Shown piece by piece: positions 27,903 through 30,001 of a DNA stretch of 30,001 bases. This DNA comes from a virus (Duplodnaviria; Caudoviricetes), in the IMG/VR virus record IMGVR_UViG_3300011335_000014, positions 1-30,001 of that record; one strand, 5' to 3'. The translations under genes and the position numbers were made by a program. The first letter of the stretch is position 1; the number at the start of each line of letters is the position of its first letter. The notes under the pieces are model-generated. The model was not told the DNA's origin. It searched no databases and saw nothing but the letters and a program-made list of their open reading frames with translations.

Positions 27903-28319
27903 TTAGCAGGCTTTGCCGCCCTTGTTCATGGCGATCATCTTGCCTTTGGTCTTGCCTTTTTCAGCAATACCGTCACGGCTAGGGGCGGCTGTTTTAACTT
28001 TGCCCATTGCCATACCGCCACCAGCCATTTTGCTAGTGCCTTTTTTCTTAGCCATCATTGCCATCATGCCTGCGTTCATCTTGGAAGCCATAGTATCACC
28101 ACCTTCTTTAAAAAAAGTCATTTTACCGTGCTCGGTTTTAGACTTATTCACCTTCTGAACATCTGGACGAGTTGCCCCGCCAGAACCAAATTTTTTACCT
28201 TTATCCGCGTCAGTAAAATTTTTCCCAACGCTTTGGGGTATTCCAACCTTCTTGGCAAATGCGGGGCTATTTGCAATCGCTGCCATGAAGTTGTGTTGCT
28301 TTTTGCTTACGCTTGGCAT
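27903..28319 (-). CDS. Lys/Met/Gly-rich basic protein (138 aa) with four xxxGG motifs
   Basis: MPSVSKKQHNFMAAIA..., with FGSGG, FKEGG, MAGGG, MNKGG and DGIAEKGKTKG. TAATG coupling. Confidence 0.7.
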   Translation of the reverse strand: MPSVSKKQHNFMAAIANSPAFAKKVGIPQSVGKNFTDADKGKKFGSGGATRPDVQKVNKSKTEHGKMTFFKEGGDTMASKMNAGMMAMMAKKKGTSKMAGGGMAMGKVKTAAPSRDGIAEKGKTKGKMIAMNKGGKAC

Positions 28320-28567
28320 TACTTACCCCCTGCGTACCAGTTAATAAGCTGAACCAAACCTGCGCCTACAACACTACTAGCACCACCAACAAGCATTAAA
28401 ATCTTCCAGCCGCCTTTAGCTTCAGACAATGTTTTGTCAATAGCGGTCAGCGTTGCTTGCATGGCCTTCATGTTTTCCAACATCTTGTCCATGTCATCTT
28501 GCAAATGCTTAATGTCGGACGCATGCGTGGCCAACTCTCTAGCTGTCTGAATAGCATCGCCCGTCAT
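28319..28567 (-). CDS. Small coiled-coil protein with a C-terminal TM helix (82 aa)
   Basis: Heptad-like IKHLQDDMDKMLENMKAMQATLTAIDKTL, then hydrophobic ILMLVGGASSVVGAGLVQLI. Confidence 0.7.
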   Translation of the reverse strand: MTGDAIQTARELATHASDIKHLQDDMDKMLENMKAMQATLTAIDKTLSEAKGGWKILMLVGGASSVVGAGLVQLINWYAGGK

Positions 28568-28887
28568 ACCATCCGCCCTTTTGTCTTGCCTTTTGTAGCG
28601 CAGCCATCAGCCGCAGTTACATAGCCGCCATCCTTACAGTTCCACGCTCTCAAAGACTTATTGATCCTTGAATCCGGATCGTTGGCTGTCTTGGCAGAGG
28701 TTAGTTTTTTCTTCATGCCTTCCATACGGGCGCAAAAAGAGTCGCGGCGTTTGCCGCCCTCGGGTTGAGGGCGCTTCAGTCCCGGTTTCCCGGGGTTTGC
28801 CGCGTTGTAAGAAGCCCGTCCCTTGGCGTTCAAGCCGCCCTTCTCGGACTTCCCCTCTTTGCGTTGCCATGCTGGAGACTTAGCCAT
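28564..28887 (-). CDS. Basic phage protein (107 aa) resembling DUF6321-type proteins, with a C-terminal extension
   Basis: Likely start ATG 28887: MAKSPAWQRKEGK..GGLNAKGRASYN..RRDSFCARM.GM..DPDSRINKSLRAWNC, then KDGGYVTAADGCATKGKTKGRMV. Confidence 0.7.
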   Translation of the reverse strand: MAKSPAWQRKEGKSEKGGLNAKGRASYNAANPGKPGLKRPQPEGGKRRDSFCARMEGMKKKLTSAKTANDPDSRINKSLRAWNCKDGGYVTAADGCATKGKTKGRMV

Positions 28888-29161
28888 AGAACACCACCGC
28901 CGTTGTGGATGCCGCACAAACTGCTGAAATGTTTGTGTTACACCTTATCCCTTCTCCGGGAATTACAACGTTGATCGAGCCTGCCGCTGCGGGCGCAGTG
29001 AAAGAAAACTTGGCTGTGCCGCCCGTACCATCGTTTAAAACCACAGTGCCGCCAGATGCATAACTAATGGTCAAACCTTTAATGCGAGCAGGGCCAGCAA
29101 AAATGGTGGTAGTTGTTCCAGCAGCCGCCGATGCGGAGAGTACGTCATATTGCATAGTCAT
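28880..29161 (-). CDS. Small beta-rich hypothetical virion protein (93 aa)
   Basis: Start ATG 29161 after RBS AAGGAG. Motifs GPARIKG, IPGEGI and terminal VVFYG. Confidence 0.7.
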   Translation of the reverse strand: MTMQYDVLSASAAAGTTTTIFAGPARIKGLTISYASGGTVVLNDGTGGTAKFSFTAPAAAGSINVVIPGEGIRCNTNISAVCAASTTAVVFYG

Positions 29162-29175
29162 AATCAATCTCCTTT

Positions 29176-29195
29176 AAAAACGGGGCCGAGGCCCC
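29176..29195 (-). terminator. Intrinsic terminator after the 140-aa gene
   Basis: GGGGC-CTCG-GCCCC-GTTTTT on the minus strand, about 10 nt after the stop codon. Confidence 0.65.
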
Positions 29196-29204
29196 TTGAG
29201 TTGA

Positions 29205-29627
29205 TTAAGCAGTGCGTGTAAACACGTACGCTGTTGCGCTAGAGAACATGATGCGGAAACAAGCCAAGCCTGTTACGCCAGCGGCAATTGTTAAATCACC
29301 GAATGAACCGGGAGTGTCTGCAGCAGCAGTGGACAAAATACCGTTTGTAGCAACCGCAATGGTTACTGTGCTTGCGCCAGCGGTGTTGTCAATAAACAAG
29401 TCCAACACAGTGCCTTGAGTAGCACTCAAAGCGGCTCCCAACAGAGTGCCGGTTGGCAAAGTGATGGTTGTAGGGGCTGCTGAAGTAGAAGTAATGTAGC
29501 CTGTTGCAACTTGCGCCGCAGTAGCTGTGGCCGTTGCGTTAATTGCGTTGGTAGCGGCGGTTACTTGGTGGCCTTCAAGAAAGCCGTTTTGAGATACGAC
29601 TGGGCCGTTAAACGTGGTGCGTGCCAT
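29205..29627 (-). CDS. Probable capsid decoration/head accessory protein (140 aa)
   Basis: MARTTFNGPVVSQNGF, T/A-rich, with TITLPT. It lies immediately downstream of the major capsid gene and has its own promoter and terminator. The function is inferred from position. Confidence 0.55.
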   Translation of the reverse strand: MARTTFNGPVVSQNGFLEGHQVTAATNAINATATATAAQVATGYITSTSAAPTTITLPTGTLLGAALSATQGTVLDLFIDNTAGASTVTIAVATNGILSTAAADTPGSFGDLTIAAGVTGLACFRIMFSSATAYVFTRTA

Positions 29628-29633
29628 GATTTT

Positions 29634-29709
29634 TCCTTACATGCAAGTGAGGGTGTTCTGTCTGCATGTCGTCAGCCGGGACTGTCAGAACACCGGAAAA
29701 GCCCGGATT
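29634..29709 (-). ncRNA. Putative structured cis-regulatory 5' leader RNA (two hairpins with complementary loops)
   Basis: Three perfect interleaved helices: CCGGG/CCCGG (29706-02/29680-76), GGUGUUCUG/CAGAACACC (29694-86/29660-52) and ACAUGCA/UGCAUGU (29669-63/29645-39). The last ends directly at the SD AAGGA. Confidence 0.6.
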
Positions 29710-29715
29710 AAAAGC

Positions 29716-29744
29716 AATATACACCAAAAGAAAAAGGGGCACAA
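29716..29744 (-). promoter_or_regulatory. Putative sigma70-type promoter embedded in the capsid terminator
   Basis: TTGTGC (29744-29739), a 17-nt spacer, then TATATT (29721-29716). Predicted start near 29709. Confidence 0.55.
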
Positions 29745-29755
29745 GGCCCCTTTTC
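29726..29755 (-). terminator. Intrinsic (probably bidirectional) terminator after the major capsid gene
   Basis: GAAAAGGGGC-CTTGT-GCCCCTTTTTCTTTT. Confidence 0.85.
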
Positions 29756-29756
29756 A

Positions 29757-29776
29757 AATATTTCCGAAGAAATATT
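29757..29776 (-). other. C(UUCG)G tetraloop hairpin at the capsid stop codon
   Basis: AAUAUUUC-UUCG-GAAAUAUU, a perfect 8-bp stem. Confidence 0.65.
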
Positions 29777-30001
29777 AGGTTGAACCGGGTGAACCGAAGA
29801 CACCTAACGGGTCAGAGAAGCCAAAGCTGTAACGCTCACGGGCTTTGTAACGAACGTTGCCGGTATCAAAATCCCCGTCCATTCCAGTAGTCAAGGCCAT
29901 ACGCTCAAAGTGCTTCAGGCCGTTAGGAACGTCTGTGCACAAGAACCAAGCATTGGTGTCTGTCAGGTAGTGGTTAATTGTGTAACCTTCGGGGATTGAA
30001 C
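29775..30001 (-). CDS. Major capsid protein, C-terminal fragment (HK97 fold, Mu gpT-like); not in the ORF track
   Basis: My translation: ..SIPEGYTINHYLTDTNAWFLCTDVPNGLKHFERMALTTGMDGDFDTGNVRYKARERYSFGFSDPLGVFGSPGST*. It is followed by a strong terminator. Confidence 0.85.
   Translation of the reverse strand, partial: SIPEGYTINHYLTDTNAWFLCTDVPNGLKHFERMALTTGMDGDFDTGNVRYKARERYSFGFSDPLGVFGSPGST

Noticed and set aside
29630-29712. Canonical hammerhead ribozyme (CUGACGA between two stems)
   Set aside because: UAAG rather than GAAA follows the second stem, and no NUH triplet abuts stem I. Kept only as an unassigned structured RNA.
1-30001. Stop-codon reassignment, tRNA or rRNA genes
   Set aside because: Standard-code ORFs tile the minus strand, TAA, TAG and TGA are all used as real stops, and no intergenic space shows a cloverleaf.

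Overview
The window is part of a tailed dsDNA bacteriophage genome and holds almost the whole virion-morphogenesis arm, on the minus strand. Transcription runs from right to left through: the 3' end of the major capsid gene; a terminator/promoter junction with a highly structured 5' leader; probable head accessory genes; a cluster of very small Lys/Gly/Met-rich ORFs; two adaptor-like proteins; tail fibre and tail accessory genes with a fibre chaperone; a lysis cassette (holin-like protein plus GH24 lysozyme); a P22 gp10/nozzle-like tail protein; a free-standing HNH-AP2 homing endonuclease; and four internal-virion (ejection-type) proteins, the last being a 2,827-aa polyvalent protein with an HExxH metallopeptidase and an LPD38-like C-terminus. 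There is no recognisable tape measure or sheath, which suggests a podovirus-type particle. One short plus-strand gene converges on the end of the arm. I found no tRNA, rRNA or CRISPR array. Best leads: (1) a kissing-loop/double-pseudoknot RNA leader at 29634-29709 next to a ribosome binding site; (2) a recurring hydrophobic-x-x-Gly-Gly motif shared by the ejection proteins and the tiny basic proteins, possibly a virion-wide processing or packaging tag; (3) an RBS-sequestering hairpin on the homing endonuclease; (4) a roughly 70-aa module inserted into two unrelated structural proteins. Family names come from motif recognition only; no database was searched.
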